Shown here: positions 1 to 8,905 of the stretch, piece after piece
Position numbering within the stretch: position 1 is the first letter of the stretch
How the letters are laid out: every line of letters begins with the position of its first letter
DNA from: Deltaproteobacteria bacterium GWC2_42_11
Lineage (GTDB): Bacteria > Desulfobacterota > GWC2-55-46 > UBA9637 > GWC2-42-11
Length of the DNA: 64,000 nucleotides
Assembly: GCA_001797495.1 (NCBI GenBank)
Contig: MGPS01000070.1
Location: forward strand, 15,879 to 79,878
Direction of reading: 5' to 3'
Notes under the pieces: model-generated
Seen by the model: the letters and a program-made list of their open reading frames with translations, nothing else
Database searches by the model: none
What the model was told of the DNA's origin: nothing
Position numbers and translations under genes: made by a program

Positions 1-273
1 GGATATCTACTGGCAGGTTTTGGAACGAGGATGAGTTTTCATGTTTATGCGAGTTCAATTTTAGAGGCTATTAACATCACAGATATTATAGCATCACTAT
101 TGAAGAGTTTGTTTTTTGGTCTTATAATAGGCGCTGTGTGCTGCTATCATGGATTAAAGGTCGGGAGGAGCATAACAGAGATCCCGCAGGAAACAACAAA
201 GGCTGTAATAACAAGCCTTTTTCTTATCTTTGTGGTTGATGGAATGGTAACGATGATATTCTTTTTTATATAG
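1..273 (+). CDS. mlaE: MlaE-like ABC transporter permease, C-terminal fragment (gene starts upstream of the window)
   Basis: The ORF tail ...SLFFGLIIGAVCCYHGLKV...VVDGMVTMIFF matches the conserved C-terminus of MlaE/YrbE permeases. It lies directly upstream of an ABC ATPase and an MCE protein. Confidence 0.55.
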   Translation, partial: GYLLAGFGTRMSFHVYASSILEAINITDIIASLLKSLFFGLIIGAVCCYHGLKVGRSITEIPQETTKAVITSLFLIFVVDGMVTMIFFFI

Positions 274-280
274 GCTTATA

Positions 281-982
281 ATGTCTGCCCTCATAGAGAT
301 AAAAGACCTTACTTATATAAATGAAAACGGGGATTGCATTTTTAGCGACGTGGATGCAGCATTTTCTTCAGGGGAAAAGGCTGCCATAATAGGGGGAGGG
401 GGCAGCGGCAAGACAACACTTTTAAAACTTGTCATAGGCCTTTTGAAACCAACAGATGGCAGCATATATCTTTTTGGAGAGGATATATCTAAAATCAGCC
501 GTTCCAGACTGTACAGTATCAGGAGCCGACTTGGTTTTGTATTTGAAAATGCAATGCTTATAAGTAACTTAAAGGTGGTGGAGAATATAACACTGCCTCT
601 TTATTACCATACTGAGTATCTTGAGGATGAGATATTTAAAAGGGCTTTAACACTGTTAGATATAGTTGGTTATGAAGGTGATGTCTGGTCTTTGCCAGGT
701 CATCTTCCTGCACAGACAAAAAAGGCAGTTGCACTAGCAAGGGCAATGGCGATTGAACCTGATATTATGATATATGATAAGATCTTCGAAGAGTTTGACG
801 ATGCTCAAAGACAGGGAATGATAAATTTGATAGATAAATTTCATGCAGCAAAAAAGGAAAGGCTCTCTGTCATTACATTTGACAGAATTGATGAGATGAC
901 AGATATTCCATGCAGCAGGGTTTTAAAAATAGAAAACAAAAGGCTTGTCCCTGCAGATTTTAAGCAGGGATTGGTGGAGTGA
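281..982 (+). CDS. MlaF-like ABC transporter ATP-binding protein with an intact Walker A but degenerate Q-loop, signature, Walker B and H-loop
   Basis: Walker A is GGGGSGKTT. The LSGGQ signature is replaced by LPGHLPAQTKK, Walker B reads IMIYDK (the catalytic Glu is Lys), and there is no H-loop His. Position between the permease and the MCE protein supports the call. Confidence 0.65.
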   Translation: MSALIEIKDLTYINENGDCIFSDVDAAFSSGEKAAIIGGGGSGKTTLLKLVIGLLKPTDGSIYLFGEDISKISRSRLYSIRSRLGFVFENAMLISNLKVVENITLPLYYHTEYLEDEIFKRALTLLDIVGYEGDVWSLPGHLPAQTKKAVALARAMAIEPDIMIYDKIFEEFDDAQRQGMINLIDKFHAAKKERLSVITFDRIDEMTDIPCSRVLKIENKRLVPADFKQGLVE

Positions 983-2133
983 TGGCAAATATAGAGGAAA
1001 AAGACCCGAGGTTTAAATATCTTGAACAAAAGGTTGGGTTTTTCATAGTCCTTGTTATTGTCGGACTTCTGGCAGTCGTATTTTTTATTGGGAAGGAAAG
1101 GGAACTTTTTGCAGTAAGATACAGCATATATTTTATTGCACCCAGCGGAACAGGTTTTACAGAAGGCATGCCTGTAAAACTTTCAGGGTTCAAGATAGGC
1201 AAGGTAAAATCACTTGCATTGGATGAAAATGCAAGGGTAAAGATTATCCTTGATATAAATAAGAAATATGAAACATGGATAAGAAAAGGTTCTGTTGCGA
1301 GGCTTGTGAAAGAAGGTGTAATTGGTGAAGCAGTGGTAGAGATTACCGTTGGTCCTCCTTCAGGTGCGATCCTTGCGGGTGCTGATGAAATTCCATTTGA
1401 AAAAGTAGCAGGGTTTGAGGAACTCGCAAAAGAGGTTAAACCCCTTGTCAGGGATGTGAAGGAGATAATTGAATATATCAATGACCCTGACGGAAATGTA
1501 AAAAGGACGCTTTCAAATATTGAGGAGATATCATTTGGACTAATTGGAACGAGGGACAGGATTGACAGCCTCCTTAATGATGTAAAAGACCTTGTGAAAG
1601 ACATAAGCCGTGCAGCAGATAAGGCTGTTGCGCTTGAGGATAGGGCTATCCCGCTTCTGGAAGGGGCAGGGAAGGCTGTAAAGAATATTGAGATGGCAAC
1701 AGAAAAGATTGAGCCGATAGTTGATAGGGCAAAAAATATTGCAACTGATATTGAAAATGTAACAGGGAAACTGCAGGACAGACTGGAGAAGATTGACAGC
1801 ATACTGACAGATGTCAAGGATGCCTCTGTAAAATTGCCTGAGGTGATGGGAAAGGCGGACAAGGTTCTGGAAAATGTCAAAGAGGCTGCAGAAGGGCTGC
1901 CTGATGTCCTGGAAAAGACAAAAGAGGTAATGAATGATGTTAAAAAGGCAACAGGTATTATTGCAGAAGAAGGTCCTAGGATAAGGGAGATGTTAAATGC
2001 CACAGATAATATGCTTCAGGATACACGGGAGATTGTAAAAGGTGTAAAAGAAAGTTGGCCCGTAAACAGATTAATCCCTGAAAAAGAGGATATAAAACTA
2101 GTTCCTCTGGAAGGACTTGAAAGAGGGTATTGA
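979..2133 (+). CDS. mlaD: MlaD-like MCE-domain substrate-binding protein with a long C-terminal coiled-coil extension
   Basis: An N-terminal TM segment is followed by an MCE domain (PVKLSGFKIGKVKSL..., ARLVKEGVIGEAVVEI). The start overlaps the ATPase stop (ATGA). Confidence 0.65.
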   Translation: MMANIEEKDPRFKYLEQKVGFFIVLVIVGLLAVVFFIGKERELFAVRYSIYFIAPSGTGFTEGMPVKLSGFKIGKVKSLALDENARVKIILDINKKYETWIRKGSVARLVKEGVIGEAVVEITVGPPSGAILAGADEIPFEKVAGFEELAKEVKPLVRDVKEIIEYINDPDGNVKRTLSNIEEISFGLIGTRDRIDSLLNDVKDLVKDISRAADKAVALEDRAIPLLEGAGKAVKNIEMATEKIEPIVDRAKNIATDIENVTGKLQDRLEKIDSILTDVKDASVKLPEVMGKADKVLENVKEAAEGLPDVLEKTKEVMNDVKKATGIIAEEGPRIREMLNATDNMLQDTREIVKGVKESWPVNRLIPEKEDIKLVPLEGLERGY

Positions 2134-3134
2134 TGAACAATGTTAAATGTTCAGTGTTGAGTGTTCAATGGCTGTGGGTCAAAGGTTTTTTGCCTTTGCT
2201 TTTACTCATAACTCTAAACTCATCACTCATCACTATTCTGGCTGGCTGTGCCTCAAAACAGGTTGATAAGATACCCGCAGTAAAACAGAAAGCAGTTGAT
2301 TTGAATTATGCAGGTGTTAAGTACAGTGATAATTATAATAAGGCACTGAAAAATTTTGAAAGGGCACTTATTATAAATAAAAAGATAGACAATAGAACTG
2401 GGATAGTTGTAAATGAACTTAATATTGCCAGAACATACATTGCAGAGGGCAGGTATGAGACTGCATTCCCATTTATAAAAGAGGCTGTGGATATGGCAGA
2501 ATCAGAAAGTGATGTTTTACTTTTGAGTGAAGCATATGCTACTATTTCTAATTATTATTACCTTAACGGTGATTATAATAAATCACTCAGTTATATTGAA
2601 AAGGGGATTGATATAGATAAACATCATGGCTTATCATCTGTTGGCGGCAAACTGAATCTGAAGGCACTTGTATATAAAGCGACAGGTGAAGCGGATAAAT
2701 CAATGGAGGTAATAAACGAGGCGTTAAAGCAGAATGAGTCAGGCAATAACAGAAGAGGTGTTGCTGACACATACAGGGTGTCAGGGAGTGTGATGTTGTC
2801 AGGAAAGAAGTATGATGATGCTGTGCTGAATTTTGAGAAAGCACTGGCAATAGATAAGGAACTGGCAAGAGGCAGGGCAATAGCACTGGATTTGACAGGA
2901 CTGGCCAATGTATATGTTGGCAAGGGTGAATACAGGAAGGCTATTGATTATCTGAAGAAGGCATATGATGTAAATGCTGCAAACAGTTATAAGGAGAATG
3001 CACTGGCTGATATTGACAGGATTATAGAAACAGCAACATTACTCGGAGATACCAATATTGTCAGGATATTTTCAGAAGAAAGGGAGAGGTTTGTTTCTGA
3101 CAGCAATTTATCTGTTGGCAGAGGTTTAAAGTGA
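2130..3134 (+). CDS. TPR-repeat lipoprotein
   Basis: A signal peptide is followed by the lipobox LAGC. Repeated TPR-like motifs follow (AxxYxxxGxYxKA...). Confidence 0.55.
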   Translation: MMNNVKCSVLSVQWLWVKGFLPLLLLITLNSSLITILAGCASKQVDKIPAVKQKAVDLNYAGVKYSDNYNKALKNFERALIINKKIDNRTGIVVNELNIARTYIAEGRYETAFPFIKEAVDMAESESDVLLLSEAYATISNYYYLNGDYNKSLSYIEKGIDIDKHHGLSSVGGKLNLKALVYKATGEADKSMEVINEALKQNESGNNRRGVADTYRVSGSVMLSGKKYDDAVLNFEKALAIDKELARGRAIALDLTGLANVYVGKGEYRKAIDYLKKAYDVNAANSYKENALADIDRIIETATLLGDTNIVRIFSEERERFVSDSNLSVGRGLK

Positions 3135-3209
3135 AGGTAAGTCTTCTCAGGTCAAACTGCCGGCTAATGTCATAGAGGACATACCTGAAACAGGTATAGA
3201 CTTTAATAC

Positions 3210-3368
3210 ATGCTTACCGATGAGTTCGAAAGGGAACTGATAATAAAGGCACTAGAGAAGGCAAGGGGTGTAAAAAACAAGGCTGCACAGTTATTGGGTA
3301 TAAACAGGACGACCCTGATAGAAAAGATGAAAAAAAGGGGATGCTTGCATAGCATAAAACCCATCTGA
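3210..3368 (+). CDS. Small stand-alone Fis-family HTH protein (52 aa)
   Basis: The ORF is below the track size cutoff. The sequence MLTDEFERELIIKALEKARGVKNKAAQLLGINRTTLIEKMKKRG is a textbook Fis/NtrC C-terminal HTH_8 motif. A stop lies 2 codons upstream, so the frame cannot extend. Confidence 0.35.
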   Translation: MLTDEFERELIIKALEKARGVKNKAAQLLGINRTTLIEKMKKRGCLHSIKPI

Positions 3369-3535
3369 AAACAATCCTTAAGTTTCAGAAAACATTCAGA
3401 TTTATGTTATAAATCAACAAGTTATAAAATTGTTCGCGCTGATTTAAAAAATATCTTGTATTTTCAAAATAATTTTGATTATTATATACTGTATACAATA
3501 AGTTTTGCCGGAATTTGGCTTAAAATAAATGGAAG

Positions 3536-3733
3536 GTGGTGATGGTAGTGGCAATAAAGATTACTCAAGACTGTGTAGCATGCGGCGTTTGTCTGCCTGA
3601 ATGTCCTGTAAATGCCATAACTGAAGGGGAGATATATGTTATAGACCCTTCGGTGTGTGTGGAATGCAAGGGCTATTATGATTCACCCAAGTGCGCTGAA
3701 GTCTGTCCTGTTGATTGCTGTGTACCAGCATAA
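3536..3733 (+). CDS. 2x[4Fe-4S] ferredoxin
   Basis: Two CxxCxxCxxxCP motifs are present (CVACGVCLPECP; CVECKGY...CAEVCP). A GGTGGTG RBS precedes the start. Confidence 0.8.
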   Translation: MVMVVAIKITQDCVACGVCLPECPVNAITEGEIYVIDPSVCVECKGYYDSPKCAEVCPVDCCVPA

Positions 3734-3760
3734 GACCGTTATACGTGAACGTTATGCGTT

Positions 3761-3812
3761 AGATGCCTGTCCCACCGAAACATCACGCACACGTATCACG
3801 GCATTCAAGGAG
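3761..3812 (+). promoter_or_regulatory. Conserved ~50-nt leader motif, copy 1 (upstream of hdrB-like)
   Basis: agatgcctgtcccaccgaaacatcacgcacacgtatcacggcattcaaggag. It is nearly identical to 8035-8087 and ends in the RBS. Confidence 0.5.
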
Positions 3813-3822
3813 TATTTTTACA

Positions 3823-4776
3823 ATGAAAGATTTTGCAATATTCTGGGGCTGTACAATTCAATCCCGTTTCCCATTTCTTGAAAAATCAACAAGGATGGTT
3901 TTGGATGGGTTTAACCTGCCATACAGGGATGTTGACGGTTTCACATGTTGTCCTGAGAAATCACTTGTTAATAACATTGACCGCGGCTTATGGGTTTTAA
4001 CTGCTGCAAGGAATATTGCACTCCTTGATAAAGCAGGGCTTGACCTTGTAAGTCCATGTACAGGATGTGTATCAAATCTTGCAACCGTTAACTCCGAACT
4101 CCATTTAAGTTATAAAGAAAAGGAGAAGGTAAACTCTGTACTGCATGAGGTCGGGCTTGAATTTAAAGGAAAGAATAAACTCAGTCACCTTGTCCCGTTC
4201 TTCCATGACGAGGTCGGCATCCATGCTGTAAAGAATAAGGTTGTAAAGCCTTTCAACGGGATGAGGATAGCAATACATTATGGCTGTCACATGATAAGGC
4301 CGAGCCATACACTGAAGAATGATGACCCGCTTGAACCTAAGAAGTTTGATAACCTTATAAAGGCACTCGGTGCTGAGAGCGTGCAGCATATGACAAAACT
4401 TATGTGCTGCGGACAGGGGCTTGACAGGGTTGACCAGCATGAAAATTCGCTCCATTTTGCAAGAATTAAACTTAAAGAATTGAAGGCACTGGGAATTGAT
4501 GCAATGACACTGTGCTGTCCGTCATGCTATCTGCAGTTTGACAATAACCAATTCCTCATGGAAAAGGAAGGTGAGAAGTTAGGCATACCGATACTTTATT
4601 TTACAGAACTCCTCGGACTTGCAATGGGTTATAAACAAGAAGACCTTGGTCTTGAGTCTCACAGGATTGATGTTACACCATTTCTTGAAAAATGGAACAG
4701 GTTAAACGGAGAGTTGTCCCATGTCAGCGACTTAAACAGAGAACTGGAGGAAGGTTTTGGAATCGCTCAACCTTAA
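3823..4776 (+). CDS. Heterodisulfide reductase subunit B-like protein (two CCG domains)
   Basis: Cys-rich CCG signatures are FTCCPEK...CTGC and LMCCGQG...LCCPSCY. The start is taken at MKDFAIFWGC behind a GGAG RBS; the track ORF extends further 5' through a repeated leader motif. Confidence 0.7.
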   Translation: MKDFAIFWGCTIQSRFPFLEKSTRMVLDGFNLPYRDVDGFTCCPEKSLVNNIDRGLWVLTAARNIALLDKAGLDLVSPCTGCVSNLATVNSELHLSYKEKEKVNSVLHEVGLEFKGKNKLSHLVPFFHDEVGIHAVKNKVVKPFNGMRIAIHYGCHMIRPSHTLKNDDPLEPKKFDNLIKALGAESVQHMTKLMCCGQGLDRVDQHENSLHFARIKLKELKALGIDAMTLCCPSCYLQFDNNQFLMEKEGEKLGIPILYFTELLGLAMGYKQEDLGLESHRIDVTPFLEKWNRLNGELSHVSDLNRELEEGFGIAQP

Positions 4777-5215
4777 ATTATTAGAGATATGCTTAAAGTG
4801 CGGCGCATGTTACCATATATGCCCATCCTGTCTTAATATGGAAGGATATGACCCAAGACTCGTTATAAAGGATATACTCGCAGGGCAGTATGAAAAATGG
4901 CTTAAGTCTAAGTCAATCTGGCAGTGTCTTGAGTGCCATCACTGCCTTGAGATATGTTTCCAGCACTACGGCTTTGAAAATGCAATGACTGCGATGAGGA
5001 CACTTGCAGCAAAAAAAGGCACAACACCTCCACAGGTGAAGAAGGGCTGGGATATATTTATGAAGACAGGAAAACTAGGCGAACCAACGGCATCTGCAAG
5101 AAAGAAATTGAATCTGCCTGAGGCTGCAAAGAGCGGGGCAGAAGATTTTAAGAAGATAGTGAAGATTTATCAGGAGAGAAAAGAGACTAAAGAAAGACTG
5201 AAGACCAAAGACTGA
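4757..5215 (+). CDS. Heterodisulfide reductase subunit C-like protein (2x[4Fe-4S])
   Basis: Motifs CLKCGACYHICP and CLECHHCLEICF are present. The gene overlaps the hdrB-like stop. Confidence 0.65.
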   Translation: MESLNLKLLEICLKCGACYHICPSCLNMEGYDPRLVIKDILAGQYEKWLKSKSIWQCLECHHCLEICFQHYGFENAMTAMRTLAAKKGTTPPQVKKGWDIFMKTGKLGEPTASARKKLNLPEAAKSGAEDFKKIVKIYQERKETKERLKTKD

Positions 5216-5300
5216 AGACTTTAAATGCAGACTTTAGACCATAGACTTTAAAGCAGACCATAGACTAAAGGCTAAAAACCCTCTAGTCTATAGTCTTTGG
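5187..5300. repeat. TAGACT palindromic repeat element (family R3), copy A
   Basis: agactgaagac...agaccatagactaaaggctaaaaaccctctagtctatagtctttgg. It supplies the last codons and stop of the hdrC-like gene and ends at the RBS of the next gene. Confidence 0.65.
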
Positions 5301-5316
5301 GTGAGCGGAGGCTATT

Positions 5317-6402
5317 GTGAGTCATAACTTTCAAAAAGACATTTCAGGCTGCGGTCTGATTGGTATTATAAATAAAGACCGTACGAGGATAAGCGGGAGT
5401 TTCGTAACTAAATCACTCTGCCTTATGAGGGACAGGGGGAATGGACTTGGCGCTGGTTATGCAGCATACGGCGTGTATCCCAAATATAAAGACCTGTATG
5501 CATTCCATATAATGTATGACGAACCGTCTGCGCAGAGGGATACAGAAGAATATTTAAAGAAAAATTATTATATAGAGAAAAAGGAACCGATGCCGACAGC
5601 GCCTGTGGAGGGTATTAAAATCCACCCCATCCTGTACAGGTATTTTGTAAAGCCTCTGTCAGAAAAGGCTGAAAGGGAATCTGCTGAACTGGAGGACGAC
5701 GACTTCGTTGTAAAGACTGTCATGAAAATAAACTCCGAGATAGATGGCGCATATGTGTTTTCCAGCGGCAAGGATATGGCAGTGTTCAAGGGTGTTGGTA
5801 TGCCAGGTGAGATTGCAAGGTTTTTCAGGATTGACGAATATGAAGGTTATATATGGACAGGACATACGAGGTTTCCGACAAATACTCCCGGCTGGTGGGG
5901 CGGGGCGCACCCGTTTACACTCCTTGACTGGTCGATTGTCCATAACGGGGAGATTTCTTCATACGGTATAAACAAGAGATACCTCGAGATGTATGGTTAT
6001 AAACTCACACTCCTGACAGATACAGAGGTTGTTGCGTATCTTTTTGACCTGCTTGTCAGAAGGCATGGTCTGGATGTGCTAACTGCATGCACAGCACTTG
6101 CAGCACCCTTCTGGAAAAATGTTGATACCATGCATGATGAAGAAAAAGAAGCGATGACCGCTTTAAGGGTGATATACGGGAGTGCATTGCTGAACGGTCC
6201 TTTCTCAATACTCTTCGGGCATAAGAATGGTCTTGTCGGTTTTAATGACAGGATTAAACTGAGGCCCCTTGTCGCTGCGACAAAAGGGAAAACCGTCTAT
6301 ATGGCTAGCGAGGAATCTGCCATAAGGGAGATATGTCCTAGCCCTGAAAAGATATGGTCGCCTAGGGCAGGCGAGCCTGTGATTGTTGAGTTGGAGAGTT
6401 AA
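5317..6402 (+). CDS. Class II glutamine amidotransferase domain protein (archaeal-type glutamate synthase large-subunit domain 1)
   Basis: The GCGLIGI Ntn-hydrolase nucleophile region and a GATase-2 fold pattern are present. A GTG start follows a GGAGG RBS. Confidence 0.7.
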   Translation: MSHNFQKDISGCGLIGIINKDRTRISGSFVTKSLCLMRDRGNGLGAGYAAYGVYPKYKDLYAFHIMYDEPSAQRDTEEYLKKNYYIEKKEPMPTAPVEGIKIHPILYRYFVKPLSEKAERESAELEDDDFVVKTVMKINSEIDGAYVFSSGKDMAVFKGVGMPGEIARFFRIDEYEGYIWTGHTRFPTNTPGWWGGAHPFTLLDWSIVHNGEISSYGINKRYLEMYGYKLTLLTDTEVVAYLFDLLVRRHGLDVLTACTALAAPFWKNVDTMHDEEKEAMTALRVIYGSALLNGPFSILFGHKNGLVGFNDRIKLRPLVAATKGKTVYMASEESAIREICPSPEKIWSPRAGEPVIVELES

Positions 6403-6478
6403 TGAGTTTAGGAGTTAGAGAGTAAAAACTCCTTAACCCCAGAACTCCTCAACTCCTTAACTAATTTTGGAGGTTTAA

Positions 6479-7990
6479 ATGTTTAGAAGTTTAGTGCTGC
6501 CAGAATTTCTGGCAAAGATAGACCAGGTAAAATGCATCAGGTGTAAAAGATGCATACAAAACTGTGGCTGGAGTGTGTATTCATGGAGCGGCGACAAAGT
6601 ACTGATAGATACATTCAAGTGTGTAAAGTGCCTCAGGTGTTACCACTACTGCCCCGAAGAGGCTATCGCCATACTCGATAACCCTGTCAGGTACAGGAAT
6701 AATGCAAACTGGGGCTTTTACAATATAAGGAATATTAAAAAGCAGGCAGAGACAGGTGGGATACCTCTTACAGGCATGGGAAGCGACATGCCGTATCCTG
6801 TCCTTTTTGACAGCCTTCTTATAGATGCTTGTCAGGTTACAAATCCATCCATTGACCCTTTGCGAGAGCCAATGGAACTTCGGACATACCTCGGCAAAAA
6901 ACCTGCAAAACTTGAGTTTGAAAAGGGCAAAGATGGAAAACAAAAACTCAAGACAAAGATGCCGCCCCAGATTAAACTCGAGATGCCATTTATATTTGCG
7001 CCGATGTCATACGGCTCAATAAGCCTTAATGCGCAGAAGACCCTTGCGATCGCTGCAAAGGAACTTGGGATTGTAATGAATACAGGCGAAGGCGGCTTGC
7101 ACGAGGATATATACCCATATCGGGATAATATAATAGTCCAGGTCGCATCAGGCAGGTTTGGTGTAAATCCTGACTACCTTAATGCAGGTGTCGGAGTGGA
7201 AATAAAGATAGGTCAGGGTGCAAAGCCTGGTATAGGCGGACATCTGCCAGGTGAGAAGATACCCCTTGATGTTGCAAAGACGAGGATGATACCTATTGGC
7301 ACAGATGCACTTTCTCCTGCACCGCAGCACGATATATATTCCATAGAGGATTTGAGGCAGTTGATATTTGCGATAAAAGAGGCAACCGATTATGCAAAGC
7401 CAGTCTCAGTAAAGATTGCTGCTGTCCATAATGTCGCTGCTATCGCATCAGGCATTGTCAGGGCAGGCGCAGATATTGTGTATATAGACGGGTTCAGAGG
7501 CGGGACAGGCGCTGCACCTTCAATAATAAGAGACCACCTCGGTATCCCGATAGAACATGCAATTGCAGCAGTAGATGACAGGTTAAGGCAGGAAGGGATA
7601 AGGAATGAGGCATCAATTATAGCAGCAGGTGGGATAAGGAGCAGTGCAGACGCCGCCAAGGTAATAGCACTTGGTGCAGATGCTGTTGCACTCGGAACCT
7701 CAGCACTTATAACAATGGGGTGTACAGTCTGCGGTAAGTGTTATACAGGTAACTGCAGTTGGGGTATAACAACGCAGAAACCTGAACTCACTGTAAGACT
7801 TGACCCAGAGGTTTATTCGGAGAGGCTTATAAATATGATACACGCATGGAGCCACGAGTTGAAGGAGATACTGGGCGCACTGGGTATAAATGCTGTTGAG
7901 AGCCTGAGGGGGAGCAGGGAGAGGCTCCGCGGTGTCGGACTAGATGCGCAGACACTTGACATATTAGGTATTAAACCGGCAGGGAGATAA
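6479..7990 (+). CDS. Glutamate synthase FMN-binding domain protein (GltB domain 2) with an N-terminal 4Fe-4S ferredoxin domain
   Basis: N-terminal motifs CIRCKRCIQNC and CVKCLRCYHYCP are followed by the conserved FAPMSYGSIS...GEGG...KIGQGAKPG...GGTGAAP FMN/GOGAT central-domain motifs. Confidence 0.8.
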   Translation: MFRSLVLPEFLAKIDQVKCIRCKRCIQNCGWSVYSWSGDKVLIDTFKCVKCLRCYHYCPEEAIAILDNPVRYRNNANWGFYNIRNIKKQAETGGIPLTGMGSDMPYPVLFDSLLIDACQVTNPSIDPLREPMELRTYLGKKPAKLEFEKGKDGKQKLKTKMPPQIKLEMPFIFAPMSYGSISLNAQKTLAIAAKELGIVMNTGEGGLHEDIYPYRDNIIVQVASGRFGVNPDYLNAGVGVEIKIGQGAKPGIGGHLPGEKIPLDVAKTRMIPIGTDALSPAPQHDIYSIEDLRQLIFAIKEATDYAKPVSVKIAAVHNVAAIASGIVRAGADIVYIDGFRGGTGAAPSIIRDHLGIPIEHAIAAVDDRLRQEGIRNEASIIAAGGIRSSADAAKVIALGADAVALGTSALITMGCTVCGKCYTGNCSWGITTQKPELTVRLDPEVYSERLINMIHAWSHELKEILGALGINAVESLRGSRERLRGVGLDAQTLDILGIKPAGR

Positions 7991-8034
7991 AAAGAACCGT
8001 AGTGGCGCAGGCTTCCAGCCTGTGATGACAGGCA

Positions 8035-8087
8035 AGATGCCTGTCCCACCGAAGCATCAACGCACACGCATCACGGTTTTTAAGGAG
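8035..8087 (+). promoter_or_regulatory. Conserved ~50-nt leader motif, copy 2 (upstream of GOGAT domain-3 gene)
   Basis: agatgcctgtcccaccgaagcatcaacgcacacgcatcacggtttttaaggag. Confidence 0.5.
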
Positions 8088-8091
8088 AAAC

Positions 8092-8829
8092 ATGCTTACA
8101 ATAGACGCAAAAGGGGTTTACTACAGGGAATTAAATCAGAAGGTGCGGGAGGTTGTTTCCAAAGGCGAGAAGGAGATACTCCTCAAAAATGTCAACGGGC
8201 AGTATTATATCGGAGACGGCCTGCAGGGCGATGTAAAAATCACTATTGAGGGTGTGCCGGGCAATGACCTTGCCGCATTTATGGACGGCCCTACAATTAT
8301 TATAAAGGCCAATGCACAGGATAATATCGGCAATACAATGAACAGCGGTAAGGTTGTTGTGCACGGTAATGCAGGGGATGTGCTTGGTTATGGCATGCGC
8401 GGCGGCAAACTGCATATAAGGGGTGATGTTGGTTACAGGGTGGGGATACATATGAAGGGATATAAGAAGCAGATACCTGTAATTATTGCCGGGGGGAAAG
8501 CAGGGGACTTTTTTGGGGAATACATGGCAGGCGGTGTGCTTATACTGCTGAATCTGGATAACCGTGATGACAGGCATATAACAGGCGACTATCTTGGGAC
8601 AGGTATGCACGGTGGGACGATATTTATAAGGGGTAATGTTGATAAAGGACTATGCGGTGCAGAGGTCAGCATACATGAGCCAATAAAGGATGATATTGCT
8701 GTCCTTAAAGGGTATCTTGCAGAATACTGTGCGGATTTCAATTTAAATCTTTCTGATGTAATGAGCGGCTGTTTTAAGAAGATTATACCGACATCGCTTC
8801 GGCCTTATGGTAATTTATACGCATATTGA
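8092..8829 (+). CDS. Glutamate synthase domain 3 protein (GXGXG repeats)
   Basis: Repeated G-x-G-x-G beta-helix motifs are present (VHGNAGDVLGYGMRGGKLHIRGDVGYRVG). Confidence 0.7.
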   Translation: MLTIDAKGVYYRELNQKVREVVSKGEKEILLKNVNGQYYIGDGLQGDVKITIEGVPGNDLAAFMDGPTIIIKANAQDNIGNTMNSGKVVVHGNAGDVLGYGMRGGKLHIRGDVGYRVGIHMKGYKKQIPVIIAGGKAGDFFGEYMAGGVLILLNLDNRDDRHITGDYLGTGMHGGTIFIRGNVDKGLCGAEVSIHEPIKDDIAVLKGYLAEYCADFNLNLSDVMSGCFKKIIPTSLRPYGNLYAY

Positions 8830-8854
8830 CTTTTTTTTGCCAAAGGTTTATTAT
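8826..8854 (+). promoter_or_regulatory. Candidate sigma70-type promoter for zapB-like/zapA/ssrS
   Basis: TTGACT, a 17-nt spacer, then TATTAT. The -35 box overlaps the stop codon of the upstream gene. Confidence 0.35.
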
Positions 8855-8905
8855 TAAGCAGTATAAAGACATTTATTGCGGTTGTATTAATGGAGAAAAT
8901 GGCAA

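Noticed and set aside
960-2003. 347-aa minus-strand ORF antisense to mlaD
   Set aside because: Ser/Ile/Phe-rich low-complexity translation entirely inside a well-supported plus-strand MCE gene. Typical antisense artefact.
3370-3535. Sigma54 (-24/-12) promoter upstream of the ferredoxin-hdr-GOGAT operon
   Set aside because: No TGGCAC-N5-TTGCW match found by eye, only AT-rich sequence. It is left as unassigned promoter region.
8022-8249. 75-aa ORF MMTGKMPVPPKHQRTRITVF...
   Set aside because: It starts inside the conserved leader motif and overlaps the genuine GOGAT domain-3 start in another frame. Arg/Lys-rich. It is an artefact of the repeat sequence.
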